This document shows, piece by piece, positions 19,272 through 28,833 of a stretch of 64,000 nt of DNA. A model generated the notes under the pieces. That model had not been told where the DNA came from, ran no database searches, and saw only the letters and a program-made list of their open reading frames with translations. A program made the translations under genes and the position numbers. The DNA comes from a virus. Its lineage: Duplodnaviria > Caudoviricetes. Position 1 is the first letter of the stretch. Every line of letters begins with the position of its first letter. The stretch is from the IMG/VR virus record IMGVR_UViG_3300026549_002532, positions 1 through 64,000 of that record, one strand, 5' to 3'.

Positions 19272-20607
19272 TGTTATCGGGATTGATGGTTACACTTTTT
19301 GCATCCATGTGCTCGTCAAGTGTCGTGAGTTGTATGAACGGCACATCGACTTTGCAGCCCTGCCAGCCGTTGAAGCGTATGATCATTTGATGGACGGTGA
19401 AAAGCAGGTCGTGATACGGCTTTTGCAGGGCCTGGGCGATGGTGTAAAGCTCGCGCTTGTCGCTGCCGCTGTTGTTGGTCTGCGTCTTGCCGGGCACCGA
19501 ACCTACGAGGTTTGAGTGTACGCGCATGGTGAAGCAGACCATGTTCACGGCCTCCTGAATGTCGGTGCTCCAGTCGCCGCCCTCTTTGGTGTCGGAGTCA
19601 ATCTTGTTGATGACGACCTCGTGCTGCACCTCGCCTGTGGGAGCCACATAGAATGTGGAGAACCACACCTTGCCAGCGTTCTCAACGCCGGTGAGGAAGT
19701 CGAGGATCTGCTGTTTCTCACGGACTATGCGTTTCTGTTGCTGGTGGCGGTCGGTGATGCCCTCGGCCTTGAAAATCGAATCCCAATATTTGTTGGAGAT
19801 TTCGATTTGGTACTTGATGGGTGCGTTGTTCTTCAGTTTGGCCTCTTTCGCCATGCCGATGAGCTGCTTAATGTTGTACCACTTTCCGCGGAACAGCGAG
19901 CCGTAGTACGGTATCGGGTAATACGTGCTGTCGGGTGTAGGAACACGTGTCAGCACGGCGAACTTGCGCGACTTGGTGCGGACGCGCTTGCGCCCGTCAT
20001 CGCCGGGGATGCGTCCGAGACGAATGGCGAGGTCGCGCCACGGCGTGTTGATGTCGAGCAAGTCGATTACCTCGATGTCCTCAGGGCGTGCTACGGACTG
20101 GCGCCAGTTGGCATAGAGGATTGAGCGGATTGCGCCGTCTTTGTCCGCAGGGGAAAGTCGGCAGTAGCAAGCCTCTTTGCGGAGCAAGCGCACAATCCTC
20201 GTGCCCTCGGTGTTCAGTATGATCACCGAGACACAAAAGGCGAAGTGCTTGAAGTCCTGGCAGACCCCGAGGAAATAACTGGGCAGCGCGTTGTCGAGCA
20301 GGAAGTCCTCGACCTGCTGCTTGACCGTAGCGGTGCACGCCTCGGTGTCGTACTTCAATCCGCTGCCGTAGCACACTTCTGCATTGAACTGCTGGCAAGT
20401 GGAAAGCGTCTCATCGTCCTCAATCAGTTTGAGGATATTATAGGGCATCATGTTGTCGCCGCCCCACGGCATATAGGACAGCGACTTGTCGATGATGGTT
20501 GGCACCATATCAACATCTTCCTTGAATACCTTGCCCGAATCCACCTGAAACGCCGCCGAGGCGTTCAGCGAGGGAATGTTCTCTACACTATTAAAATTTA
20601 ACTCCAT
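19246..20607 (-). CDS. Phage portal protein
   Basis: 453 aa; 'WGGDNMMP', 'YYPIPYY', 'GVENAGK', 'SGSDKRE' typical of Bacteroidetes phage portals. Confidence 0.75.
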   Translation of the reverse strand: MELNFNSVENIPSLNASAAFQVDSGKVFKEDVDMVPTIIDKSLSYMPWGGDNMMPYNILKLIEDDETLSTCQQFNAEVCYGSGLKYDTEACTATVKQQVEDFLLDNALPSYFLGVCQDFKHFAFCVSVIILNTEGTRIVRLLRKEACYCRLSPADKDGAIRSILYANWRQSVARPEDIEVIDLLDINTPWRDLAIRLGRIPGDDGRKRVRTKSRKFAVLTRVPTPDSTYYPIPYYGSLFRGKWYNIKQLIGMAKEAKLKNNAPIKYQIEISNKYWDSIFKAEGITDRHQQQKRIVREKQQILDFLTGVENAGKVWFSTFYVAPTGEVQHEVVINKIDSDTKEGGDWSTDIQEAVNMVCFTMRVHSNLVGSVPGKTQTNNSGSDKRELYTIAQALQKPYHDLLFTVHQMIIRFNGWQGCKVDVPFIQLTTLDEHMDAKSVTINPDNNGNKTDNK

Positions 20608-20628
20608 AATTCTGCGATTTTAACACCG

Positions 20629-20663
20629 CAAAATTATGGAGTTAGATCCGATGCCTAAAAGAC
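20629..20663 (-). promoter_or_regulatory. Phage module promoter copy 4
   Basis: CAAAATTA 20629-20636, 20 nt, AAAAGAC 20657-20663. Confidence 0.7.
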
Positions 20664-20746
20664 AAGTTTATTTGTCTGATGAAGGAGATGCGCAAGCAAA
20701 AAGTTCTATTATATCTTTTTTTAAATCACGAAGAACAGCGGAATCG

Positions 20747-21400
20747 TTACGGCTTGACCATCTTGTGGTTCTCGGTTGTGCCGTCGGCGCGGGTGATGAC
20801 CATCACGTTCACGCCGCTGAAAGGCCTGTCGCTCACTGCGCCAGTGATACTGACGTACTTCACGCTCGCAACATCGGTCGCGCCGGTGGTGATCACTTCC
20901 TCAATGCCGGTGACGATTTCTTCGCCAGGCCGGCGAATTTTGAGAACGCGTGGCGCAGATGCAGATGTGGTTACGCTGTCTAAGGGAAGATAACACCGAT
21001 GAGCCGGCAATGTGCCCGTACGGCTAAGGATGAACTTGTCGCCGTAGAGCACATAGCCCGACGTAATCTCCGTGTCCTCAAGAGAGCCTTTCAGCATAGA
21101 GGTGTAATCCCAACTCGCTCTATTTGATTCGACCGTGGTGACTTCATCCATGGGAGTCTCGCTATAGAGCAGCACGCCCATCCTGCGCGGTATAAAAGGC
21201 GGATGGTCGCCATCAGACAAGAGTTCTTCGATTTGCACCTGGCCGGCGCGTGCCGTCAGCCCTATGCTGGGGAAAAGGTGGTGGTAGGTGCGGCTCTAGT
21301 CATCGATGCGCACGCCCTGGTTGTGTAGTAGTCGCTGGTCACGTTCTCGTTACGCAGCCCCACTCGCACTTGCCCGAAGGGTAGGTGATGAGCTGATTCA
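20747..21400 (-). pseudogene. 5'-degraded T9SS-CTD protein, paralog of the C-terminus of 21524-23137
   Basis: Shares 'YVLY.DKFIL...HRC.LP...APR.LKI..P...TG' and the CTD; upstream frame is broken. Confidence 0.55.
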
Positions 21401-21523
21401 TAGCACTAGATCAGTGCAAGTACTATTAAGCGGTTCGTGATTTGCATAGTAAACTATCATTTGAAAAAAAGCGGGTGCCTCAATCACAAGGCACCCACCC
21501 TTAGTTCATAAATAACATTGTCG

Positions 21524-23137
21524 TTATTTCACAACCTTCACAGTGCGGGTTGTGCCATCGCTCAGCGTCTCCACGACGATGTTAACACCCTGGAAGGGCT
21601 TATCGCCGGTCATTCCGTTCATGTTGACATACTTCACGCTGACCACATCGGCGGCGTTGATATTGTCGACACCCGTAATCACGCCACCCTCGTCGGGAAG
21701 CTTAATCTTGAGCGTGCGAGGTGCGCCGGCAGCTCCACTGCCATTGACAGTCTGCCAGGGCAGGCTGCAACGGTGAGCAGACACTATACCACGCATACTT
21801 AAGATGAACTTGTCTTCATACAACACATAGCCCCCAGAAGCATATTCATCAGCACTGCCCCACAGCAGGCTGGTTGCTCCAGGATCAATTTCACCGATGT
21901 ATTCGGTGGTGATATTGAACATGGGTTCCTCAAGATGTTCGGCATAGAGCAGCACTCCCGTATTCATGGGAATGATATCATACTCCTCAACTGTCACCTC
22001 GTCGTTTTCCACACCGGTAACCACGTAGGCCGTTACGCCTTCGGGTACTTCCAGATTGTAGGCTCCGTAGTAGGTAGCCCAGTGGTTGCGTCCGGGGTCT
22101 AACACCACGCCATGCAGGTAGGCTTTATATATGGGAGCCACAATGATGTTATATTCAGGCATAACGAAAGAGAAGGTGCCGTCGCTATTGGCAGTTACTC
22201 CAATGTCGGCATGATCGAGGATACCTTCACCGTCAATAAAAATATTCAGTCCGGTTGCGACAAAGTCTTCGGCAGGAGTCGCAGTGGGTGTCACTGTTAC
22301 CAGGGTACCTGCGGGTACGCCATCATTATCGGGCTGGTCGGTAGCGATTGTGCAATGCGCCAAGTCATTTCGAAGCGTAATCTTGTGTCTTATATCCTGG
22401 AACTCTGCGTTTATCCACACCCCATAGGGATATTCGGGCATAGTGAAGGTGTAGTTAGCAGGTAGGTCATGAGTGGCTACTAAGTCACCATCAGGATGGA
22501 AGGTTTCGCCAACCTGCGGTGCATGCTTTGGTGCCTGAGCTTCACCTCCGTTGATAATCCACTCGATGGTGATATTGTCTTTGTCACAAATGTAGCCATA
22601 ACCGGGGTTTACGGTGAGGGTCACGATATCGCCTTGAGCGGCTTCAGTCTTGTCGGCCTTAATGGTGCCGCCCTTGAAATTGCCCATATCATAGAGGATT
22701 ACAGGGCAAGGAGCATAATTGATTTGCAACTCTTGGTTAGCTATGTCGTAGATGAAGCGATAAGTGCCGTCCCCACCGATAATCATGTTGTCGCCTTCAT
22801 TTGGCTTCACACTGGTAAAGGTATAAGGAATGTTTATAGCCACATGGTCATATCCACCATTGTTAGAGCCTATCCACACACCCTCTTCAGCTCCATCAGG
22901 CACGAGGAAAAGCTTAAATTGGAATCCACTGACTGCTGAGAAATCAATGTAGAACTTGTCGGTAGAACCTTGGTACGGTCGTAATTGATAATTGTTAGAA
23001 CTCCAGCCAGGGCTGTCGTCTGTTACGCCTCCCCGCAAGTAATAGCGGTCGGCAGCGCTTGCGGCCATCGAGGTTGTCAGCATCATAGCCATCAGTGCGA
23101 AGGCTCTAAACCATTGTTTAGTAATACTTTTCGACAT
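21524..23137 (-). CDS. Secreted T9SS cargo protein (signal peptide, Ig-like repeats, CTD)
   Basis: Signal peptide ending AASA, repeated beta domains, CTD 'VSVKYVNMNGMTGDKPFQGVNIVVETLSDGTTRTVKVVK'; terminator GGGTGCCT/AGGCACCC at about 21473-21496. Confidence 0.8.
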   Translation of the reverse strand: MSKSITKQWFRAFALMAMMLTTSMAASAADRYYLRGGVTDDSPGWSSNNYQLRPYQGSTDKFYIDFSAVSGFQFKLFLVPDGAEEGVWIGSNNGGYDHVAINIPYTFTSVKPNEGDNMIIGGDGTYRFIYDIANQELQINYAPCPVILYDMGNFKGGTIKADKTEAAQGDIVTLTVNPGYGYICDKDNITIEWIINGGEAQAPKHAPQVGETFHPDGDLVATHDLPANYTFTMPEYPYGVWINAEFQDIRHKITLRNDLAHCTIATDQPDNDGVPAGTLVTVTPTATPAEDFVATGLNIFIDGEGILDHADIGVTANSDGTFSFVMPEYNIIVAPIYKAYLHGVVLDPGRNHWATYYGAYNLEVPEGVTAYVVTGVENDEVTVEEYDIIPMNTGVLLYAEHLEEPMFNITTEYIGEIDPGATSLLWGSADEYASGGYVLYEDKFILSMRGIVSAHRCSLPWQTVNGSGAAGAPRTLKIKLPDEGGVITGVDNINAADVVSVKYVNMNGMTGDKPFQGVNIVVETLSDGTTRTVKVVK

Positions 23138-23339
23138 ACAATTGTTGTTTTAGAGTTAATACTACTATTTAATTAGGGGCAAAATTACACATAATTTCAC
23201 AATTTACCCCCCGAATGTTAAATAAACCTAAATAGTATAAATTCAACAAAATTATGCAGAATGCTAATCAGACTGTTAGTGTGTTATTTAGCATGGTTCT
23301 GCTGGATTTGCAATCCAGCAGGATTGAGTATAAACATTT

Positions 23340-23540
23340 ATAATGCGCAAATTTCGGATTGCAAAATTTGTGCAAGTCGAATACAATGCCAAGCCTGCTT
23401 GAACATTCTTGAGACACAGCCAAATTTATCTAAATCCTTATACTCAAATGCGGTCGGATTACAACCACGAAGTGCTCGCGACCGAATGGGAGCCCGAAGG
23501 GCAAGCGCAATGCGCGCAGCAAATCCGACCGAACTAGAGC
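23340..23540. repeat. REP-like host intergenic element
   Basis: GTTCAAGC..GCTTG palindrome (23370-23404) plus CGGTCGGATT...AATCCGACCG inverted repeat. Confidence 0.5.
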
Positions 23541-23644
23541 CATAAACAAAGCAAATTCCCGAAAAGTCCAAACTTTTCGGGAATTTAGCGTTAAGACAAG
23601 TCTCCTTGTGTTCTTGAGACTTTATGTTCTTATGTCTTATCGGG

Positions 23645-24030
23645 TTACTCGGTGACGCGCTCCAGCCACTTCACCATGCTCCACATCACCACCATGGCGA
23701 TGAGGCAGATGACGAAGAACACGGCCCAGCACATCCACAGCGACGGCAGCTTGTTGAGCATCACCGGGCCAATCCAGATGAACAAGTTGCCCAGTGCCGT
23801 GGCACCCAGCCACAGACCCTGGCAGATGCCTTGCAGGTGCTTAGGAGCAATCTTCGACACAAACGACAAGCCCAGCGGTGAGATGAACAACTCGGCAACC
23901 GTGAGGAAGAAGTAGGTGGCAATCAGCACCCACCACTGCGACTTCATAGCTGTCTGTTGCGCCAAATCCATGGCACGGAAGTCCTCACCATTGGGATAAC
24001 CGTTGCTCATGCTCACCACAAGGTAAACAT
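23645..24030 (-). pseudogene. 3' fragment of a POT/PTR2 peptide MFS transporter
   Basis: 'YFFLTVAELFISPLGLSFVSKIAP...QGLW...ALGN' covers the last TM helices only; 5' part replaced by phage sequence. Confidence 0.8.
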
Positions 24031-24066
24031 TTTTCTTCAATCAGTGGACTTTGAGATGCGAAAAAT

Positions 24067-24300
24067 TCAGAGAAAAATTTCCAATCCGTTTACCTCGAAG
24101 ATGCAGCAAATTCGTGCCTGGCGAATTTGCCCGGAGTTGAGCAACTTGAACTGCTGCGTTCCCTTATAGAAATTGTATCGCAATGGGATGCAATTTTTCC
24201 ACTCCTGGATCTCTCCCGATTTGGTCCAGAGCTTGAGGTCGACGGGGTCGCCGGCCTTAAGCATCTTGCGTAGCGTGGATATGTGTATTGATTGTGCCAT
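24067..24300 (-). CDS. Small conserved phage protein (normally upstream of the portal)
   Basis: 77 aa, coupled to the upstream gene by stop/start overlap. Confidence 0.65.
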   Translation of the reverse strand: MAQSIHISTLRKMLKAGDPVDLKLWTKSGEIQEWKNCIPLRYNFYKGTQQFKLLNSGQIRQARICCIFEVNGLEIFL

Positions 24301-25436
24301 CAGTTGTAGGTGGGATTATAGGGTGAAGTGAAAATCCTGTCGTGGTCCACGGAGAGGTAATCAGTTTGCAGGTAGGTGCGCCTGTCTGCATACTGATAGG
24401 TGAACTTGACTGAGTTAAGTTCGCCGTCGCGGTCGTGGATCTCGCAGGTGAAGTCGGTGATCAGCACCTGCGGCATATAGGTGGGATTGTAGGAGCCGTA
24501 GGTCTCCTCGGAATAATCCTCTCGCTTGGTGGCCATCCTCACGTCGTGAGAATAGAAAAGTTGCTCAATCCACTTGGCTTGCTCGACTGTCAAGCCGGAA
24601 GTCTCGACCTCATACTCCTTCTCGTTCTGCTGGTTGTAGAACGTGGAGATGCGGTTCGTGACCGCGATTGAGCGGTCAACTTTCGGCTTGTGCGTGGTGA
24701 CCGCTTGCAGGTCACACCGCTCAAAGACGTTGAAGGCATTGCGGAAATAGAGCGAGAGCGGCGGCTCGTGCGGCTGCACATAGAATGTGAAGGCACGCGC
24801 CCCGGCATGCACGCTGTAGGCGTGAATGGTGATAGCGTCTCGCGGTCGGCCCTGCGCCGGACTTTCGACAAGCCCCATCATCACCTCGTAGGTGACTTCG
24901 AGCCGATGAACGCGGTCGTAGTTCGACGTGCCGCAGTTCTCGGTGAGTTGATAGACGCGCGGCTCGCCGCCGTCGATGCCGTCCACGCTGGCCACTACCT
25001 GGTAGCGGACGGTCTCTTGTGAGCCGGCCGCGATGAAGAAGTGCAGGAACTCCGTAGCCAGTGGCGACGTAAGTTTCCCTGCCATCGTGGTGAGGAAATT
25101 GTTGCGCAGAAACTCGCCGATGTCACCAGTGAAGTGCTGTTCAAGATACAGGACTTTGAAGGTGGCCAGGGTTTGCGTCGCGCCGTTATGCTTAACGCGC
25201 AGCGCAAACTCATCGAGCGAGATGTCGCGGTCGCGCAGGTAATACTCGATTACCGAGCGCAGGTCGTGAATGGTGATATTGTGGCCGTATGGAAAGTGCA
25301 CGGCGGAGAAGATGGTCATGTCTGGAACATCGAGCATGATCTCTGCCTCGTTGTCGTCGGTGACCGAAATGGAAATGTCGGGCACCTGCGACGAAAACAT
25401 CAGTTCGTCCAGCCGGGTATTTAATGTTGCTGCCAT
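24300..25436 (-). CDS. Phage structural hypothetical protein
   Basis: Likely start MAATLNTRL, 22 nt below promoter copy 5. Confidence 0.65.
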   Translation of the reverse strand: MAATLNTRLDELMFSSQVPDISISVTDDNEAEIMLDVPDMTIFSAVHFPYGHNITIHDLRSVIEYYLRDRDISLDEFALRVKHNGATQTLATFKVLYLEQHFTGDIGEFLRNNFLTTMAGKLTSPLATEFLHFFIAAGSQETVRYQVVASVDGIDGGEPRVYQLTENCGTSNYDRVHRLEVTYEVMMGLVESPAQGRPRDAITIHAYSVHAGARAFTFYVQPHEPPLSLYFRNAFNVFERCDLQAVTTHKPKVDRSIAVTNRISTFYNQQNEKEYEVETSGLTVEQAKWIEQLFYSHDVRMATKREDYSEETYGSYNPTYMPQVLITDFTCEIHDRDGELNSVKFTYQYADRRTYLQTDYLSVDHDRIFTSPYNPTYN

Positions 25437-25457
25437 AGTTGTTGCCTTTTGTTGGGA

Positions 25458-25492
25458 CAAAATTACTTTGCCACCGTAGGTTGGCAAAAGAC
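25458..25492 (-). promoter_or_regulatory. Phage module promoter copy 5
   Basis: CAAAATTA 25458-25465, 20 nt, AAAAGAC 25486-25492. Confidence 0.7.
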
Positions 25493-25601
25493 AACAATTC
25501 GGGTCATGTGTGTCCCTGGGTGCCTGGTGTCGGTCGCTCACGTTCCGCCATGAATGAGAAAAGCCGCATTGCTGCGGCTCTCTCGGAGTGGTGGGCGGTG
25601 C

Positions 25602-25835
25602 TTACCATTCCTCGCAAGGGGTGATAATGTCATTGCCGAAGGCTTGTTCTTCAATGTCGTAAAACTCATCGGAAAGGCTGGCAAGATACTTGAAATTCCA
25701 GCGATTTTTCTTCATCTTCAGCAGCACAGAAATCAGCTTTGAGGCATGCTTGATGTCAAGTGCGCTAATGTCCACCTTGCAGTAATAGGGGTGCAGCTTC
25801 TTCAGCAGTTCGATTTGTTTTGTTGTTGCTTTCAT
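25602..25835 (-). CDS. Small hypothetical protein
   Basis: 77 aa in an operon with the MutS-I domain gene; terminator-like hairpin near 25560-25590. Confidence 0.55.
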   Translation of the reverse strand: MKATTKQIELLKKLHPYYCKVDISALDIKHASKLISVLLKMKKNRWNFKYLASLSDEFYDIEEQAFGNDIITPCEEW

Positions 25836-25892
25836 TGTCTCGGTTGTTTTATGGTGGGCGGCTTGCGCTCGCCCACCTTGTTAGACTTCAAA

Positions 25893-26498
25893 TTACTTGC
25901 TCTCTTTCTTGGCGCTCTTGCGTGCGGCTTTCTTCTTGGGTGCGCTCTCGGTGAACTGCTGCGGCTCATCGCAAATTGCTACTCTCTTGCCGGCTCTCAC
26001 AATCTTGGGCAGGTATGTGTCGAGGCTTGCGGCAGGAAAAGCGGCTTGTTGGGCGGTGATGTCCTTTGCGCTTGTACGGGTGAGGGTGATGCCTAAAACT
26101 TCGCTCAATGTCTTTGCATCATCGGCAAAAGAACCATAAAAATCGCCCATGCGGAAAAGCAAAAGTGTGTCGGGGTGCTTGTGCTTCATGGCTTCAAAAG
26201 CCTTTGCCAGTGCGCTCTGCTCGGCGGCTTGCTCGGCTTCGGGTGCTGCGCTCTCCTGCGGTGCGGCTTGCTCGGCTTGTGCCTTGCTTGCCTCAACGTC
26301 AGCCATCAATTTTGTGTAAATAGCTTTGGGCAGGATTGCACCGCTGCGCTTGCGCAATAGGAAACAATAGCGTAACGCCTTGATGGGCTGGGCGAAGAAA
26401 AATTCATCGCTCTTGGTGTTCTCACTGAGGCGGTAAACGTGCCACATTTGGCTACCGCTCTTAACTTCTCGCTTGCTTGCTAAAATCAAATTTGCCAT
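25893..26498 (-). CDS. Stand-alone MutS domain I (mismatch-binding) protein
   Basis: 'HPDTLLLFRMGDFY..F.DDA...L.ITLT...A.FP...LDTYLPKIVRAGKRVAICD' is the MutS N-terminal motif; no ATPase domain. Confidence 0.8.
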   Translation of the reverse strand: MANLILASKREVKSGSQMWHVYRLSENTKSDEFFFAQPIKALRYCFLLRKRSGAILPKAIYTKLMADVEASKAQAEQAAPQESAAPEAEQAAEQSALAKAFEAMKHKHPDTLLLFRMGDFYGSFADDAKTLSEVLGITLTRTSAKDITAQQAAFPAASLDTYLPKIVRAGKRVAICDEPQQFTESAPKKKAARKSAKKESK

Positions 26499-26547
26499 AA
26501 TGGTAGAATTTAGAAATTTATGAATAGTGTTATTAACTCGGTGCTTG

Positions 26548-26826
26548 TTATTGCTCGCAATAGACATTGCAGTAACTAACTTGTGTACCTTGCGACATAG
26601 CCATTTGTGCGGCTTGCTCGCTTGCCTCATCAGCCGTGCTTGCCTCGACTTGGAAAGTGTGTACCTCATTATCGAAGTCAACCACATCAACCGTGAAATT
26701 ATTGAGTGCGGTAGAGCGGTAAGCTTTTTTACAAACTCTGCTCTCGGCTGCGGCAGAAGTGAAAAAGTACGATGTGTTGTAAGGAGCTGTCATAACTGTA
26801 TGAATTTTTAGGAGTGAATAAATCAT
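26548..26826 (-). CDS. Small hypothetical protein
   Basis: First gene below the 26881-27017 hairpin. Confidence 0.6.
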   Translation of the reverse strand: MIYSLLKIHTVMTAPYNTSYFFTSAAAESRVCKKAYRSTALNNFTVDVVDFDNEVHTFQVEASTADEASEQAAQMAMSQGTQVSYCNVYCEQ

Positions 26827-26880
26827 TGATTACGTATATCGCGTATAAGCTTTTTACGGAACTTTATAAAGTGAGGCAGG

Positions 26881-27018
26881 AAAGTGACCGGCAGCAAGGC
26901 TTGCCCAAAAATTTTCTTCCCGTAGGGCTTGCCATTTTTCGGGCGCAACCCTAAAAATTGAAGAGAAATTTTGGAGCAACTTGTATAGCCTTGCAGAGAA
27001 CGGCTGCCCTTAACTTTG
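26881..27018. promoter_or_regulatory. Long imperfect hairpin containing a -7 box (Frpo/ssDNA-promoter-like)
   Basis: AAAGT/ACTTT, GGCAG/CTGCC, GCAAGGCT/AGCCTTGC, CCAAAAATTT/AAATTTTGG and TAGGG/CCCTA nested pairs; TAACTTTG in the right arm. Confidence 0.55.
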
Positions 27019-27273
27019 TGACGGAAAAACTAATACAGGGCGATAGCAGTAATCAATTATTCACCTAAAAATCGTTATGGCGGCTCCCCACATCGTGCCA
27101 CTTCTGTAGCACCCGAGAGCAGATAAAACAAAGCAAGGAGAAGAACGGTGCCAGCCGTTTCCTCTCCTTACCCTGAAAAAATAGAACTGCCACCGGCAGT
27201 TTCTATAAAACAAAAAGGGTGAGCCATTGCTGACCCACCCACGGCTACGAAAGCCAAAGTTAAAATTTAGCGG

Positions 27274-27699
27274 TTATTTGTTGCGATAGTCGATGTCGCC
27301 GATTACATCCTCTGGTGTATAGTCGGCAGGAAAATCCTTTGTCAAGATAAAGTGCCACACATGAGACTTGCCACCCATTCCGCCAAAGCCTCCGCTCTCG
27401 GTGATGATGATAGCGTCCTTGTATTCCCAGCCACGCTTTGCCATGTAAGCGAAAACGCTCATGGGTGAGGCAAACGAATACTTCTTGTCGCGGCTGCTGT
27501 CGTAGATCCAGCCGTTGGCATACTTGGCCTTTTCGGCGATGCCGAAGTCAACCAATGCGTTCACGTCTTGCTTGAACAGGTTGTACTGGACGCACATCAC
27601 TTCGCAGTACACTTTCACTTTCTCGGTGCTCTCGCTCGTTTGAGCGTTGGCAGCTATGCCCATGACGCACAGTGCCAGGATAAGCATTACTTTCTTCAT
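27274..27699 (-). CDS. Secreted hypothetical protein
   Basis: Signal peptide MKKVMLILALCVMGIAANA. Confidence 0.75.
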   Translation of the reverse strand: MKKVMLILALCVMGIAANAQTSESTEKVKVYCEVMCVQYNLFKQDVNALVDFGIAEKAKYANGWIYDSSRDKKYSFASPMSVFAYMAKRGWEYKDAIIITESGGFGGMGGKSHVWHFILTKDFPADYTPEDVIGDIDYRNK

Positions 27700-27707
27700 A
27701 GTCGGTA

Positions 27708-28493
27708 TTATTTAATGGTGTTGTATTCTGTCTTCATTTCGGGCATGATGTCGAGCATACGCGAATATTCAGCCTTGACTTCGGCATTTGCGCCAGTCGA
27801 AGCCGGAGCAAGTTGCCGCTTCATCATCTTCATTGATTGAGATGGTGCTGAACTTGAGCCGGTGTATTTAGCGTAGCTGATAAAATACACCACTTGCGAG
27901 TTCATCGTTTCTAACTGTAAGATGATGATGTACTGCTTGTCTGCACTTAAAAAGCCGAAATAATTATTCTCCTCATCCTTTGTGACGTAGATATAACGCT
28001 CAGCCATGAAGCTGACAAGTTCATCCATACTAACAGATGTAATAGGAATAATGACGGACGAGAGAGTTAACGCCGAGTTTGTAAACGAATAACCGACGAT
28101 TGAAACAGGGTATTTACCAGTGTACAGAAGGATTTTGTCGGTTTCACTTGCCAAAGTGTAACCCGACATAAAACTCTTAACCGTAGATTTGCTCGCGCCA
28201 AATTGTAGGCACGGAATCTCATAAGTGTTGTACTTGGGAGTGACCGTGACCTTGAACGACTTGTTGCCGTTGCGAATGTAGGTCTCGCCTACATGCTCGG
28301 CCTTAACGCCAGCCGTCGAAACGCTTGCGATAAGCTCGTTGTCCGAAGTCCAGCCAGTGCTGCCGCCCGGGATTGAATACACACTGCCAACTGCCAAAGT
28401 TTGGTTTGAGTAGTTTGGCTCATCGTTATCGCTGCCGCATGAAGCAATAGCCAGCGGCAAGATAAGCAACGTGAGTAAAAGTAGTTTCTTCAT
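27708..28493 (-). CDS. Lipoprotein with Ig-like domain
   Basis: Likely start MKKLLLLTLLILPLAIASC (lipobox) followed by GSDNDEP. Confidence 0.75.
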   Translation of the reverse strand: MKKLLLLTLLILPLAIASCGSDNDEPNYSNQTLAVGSVYSIPGGSTGWTSDNELIASVSTAGVKAEHVGETYIRNGNKSFKVTVTPKYNTYEIPCLQFGASKSTVKSFMSGYTLASETDKILLYTGKYPVSIVGYSFTNSALTLSSVIIPITSVSMDELVSFMAERYIYVTKDEENNYFGFLSADKQYIIILQLETMNSQVVYFISYAKYTGSSSAPSQSMKMMKRQLAPASTGANAEVKAEYSRMLDIMPEMKTEYNTIK

Positions 28494-28535
28494 AATACAA
28501 ACGTTTTTGAAGGTGAAACATCTGTTAATTGTTGG

Positions 28536-28570
28536 CAAAGGTATGGCCCAAAAGTGCGCTCTATCTGCAC
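28536..28570 (-). promoter_or_regulatory. Promoter with palindromic operator A (putative WYL site)
   Basis: GTGCGCTCTATCTGCAC 28554-28570, 10 nt from the -7 box (CAAAGGTA 28536-28543). Confidence 0.7.
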
Positions 28571-28833
28571 AGCAAAAAATATTTTCAAAAAAAAGTGGCA
28601 AGGTCGGTTTATTTCCGTCCCTGCCATGATGCAGATAGAGACCGCAAGGGTTGTTAAATCTTTTTGATTTGTAGTTTGAACAAATCAGTCTTTCTACCGT
28701 TGAAAGTGTAGCCGATGCCAAACGAGAAATTGAAACGGCGTTTCTTTTTCTCGGTTGTAACTTCACTTGATCTGTGCTGCTCGATTACAGCAAAATTTGG
28801 TTGGGCGTTTGTTGGTTCCATGATTCACTATTG

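Noticed and set aside
25500-27100. Conjugative element (ICE) nested in the prophage
   Set aside because: Leading-region-like features are present, but no relaxase, T4SS or second integrase is in the window.
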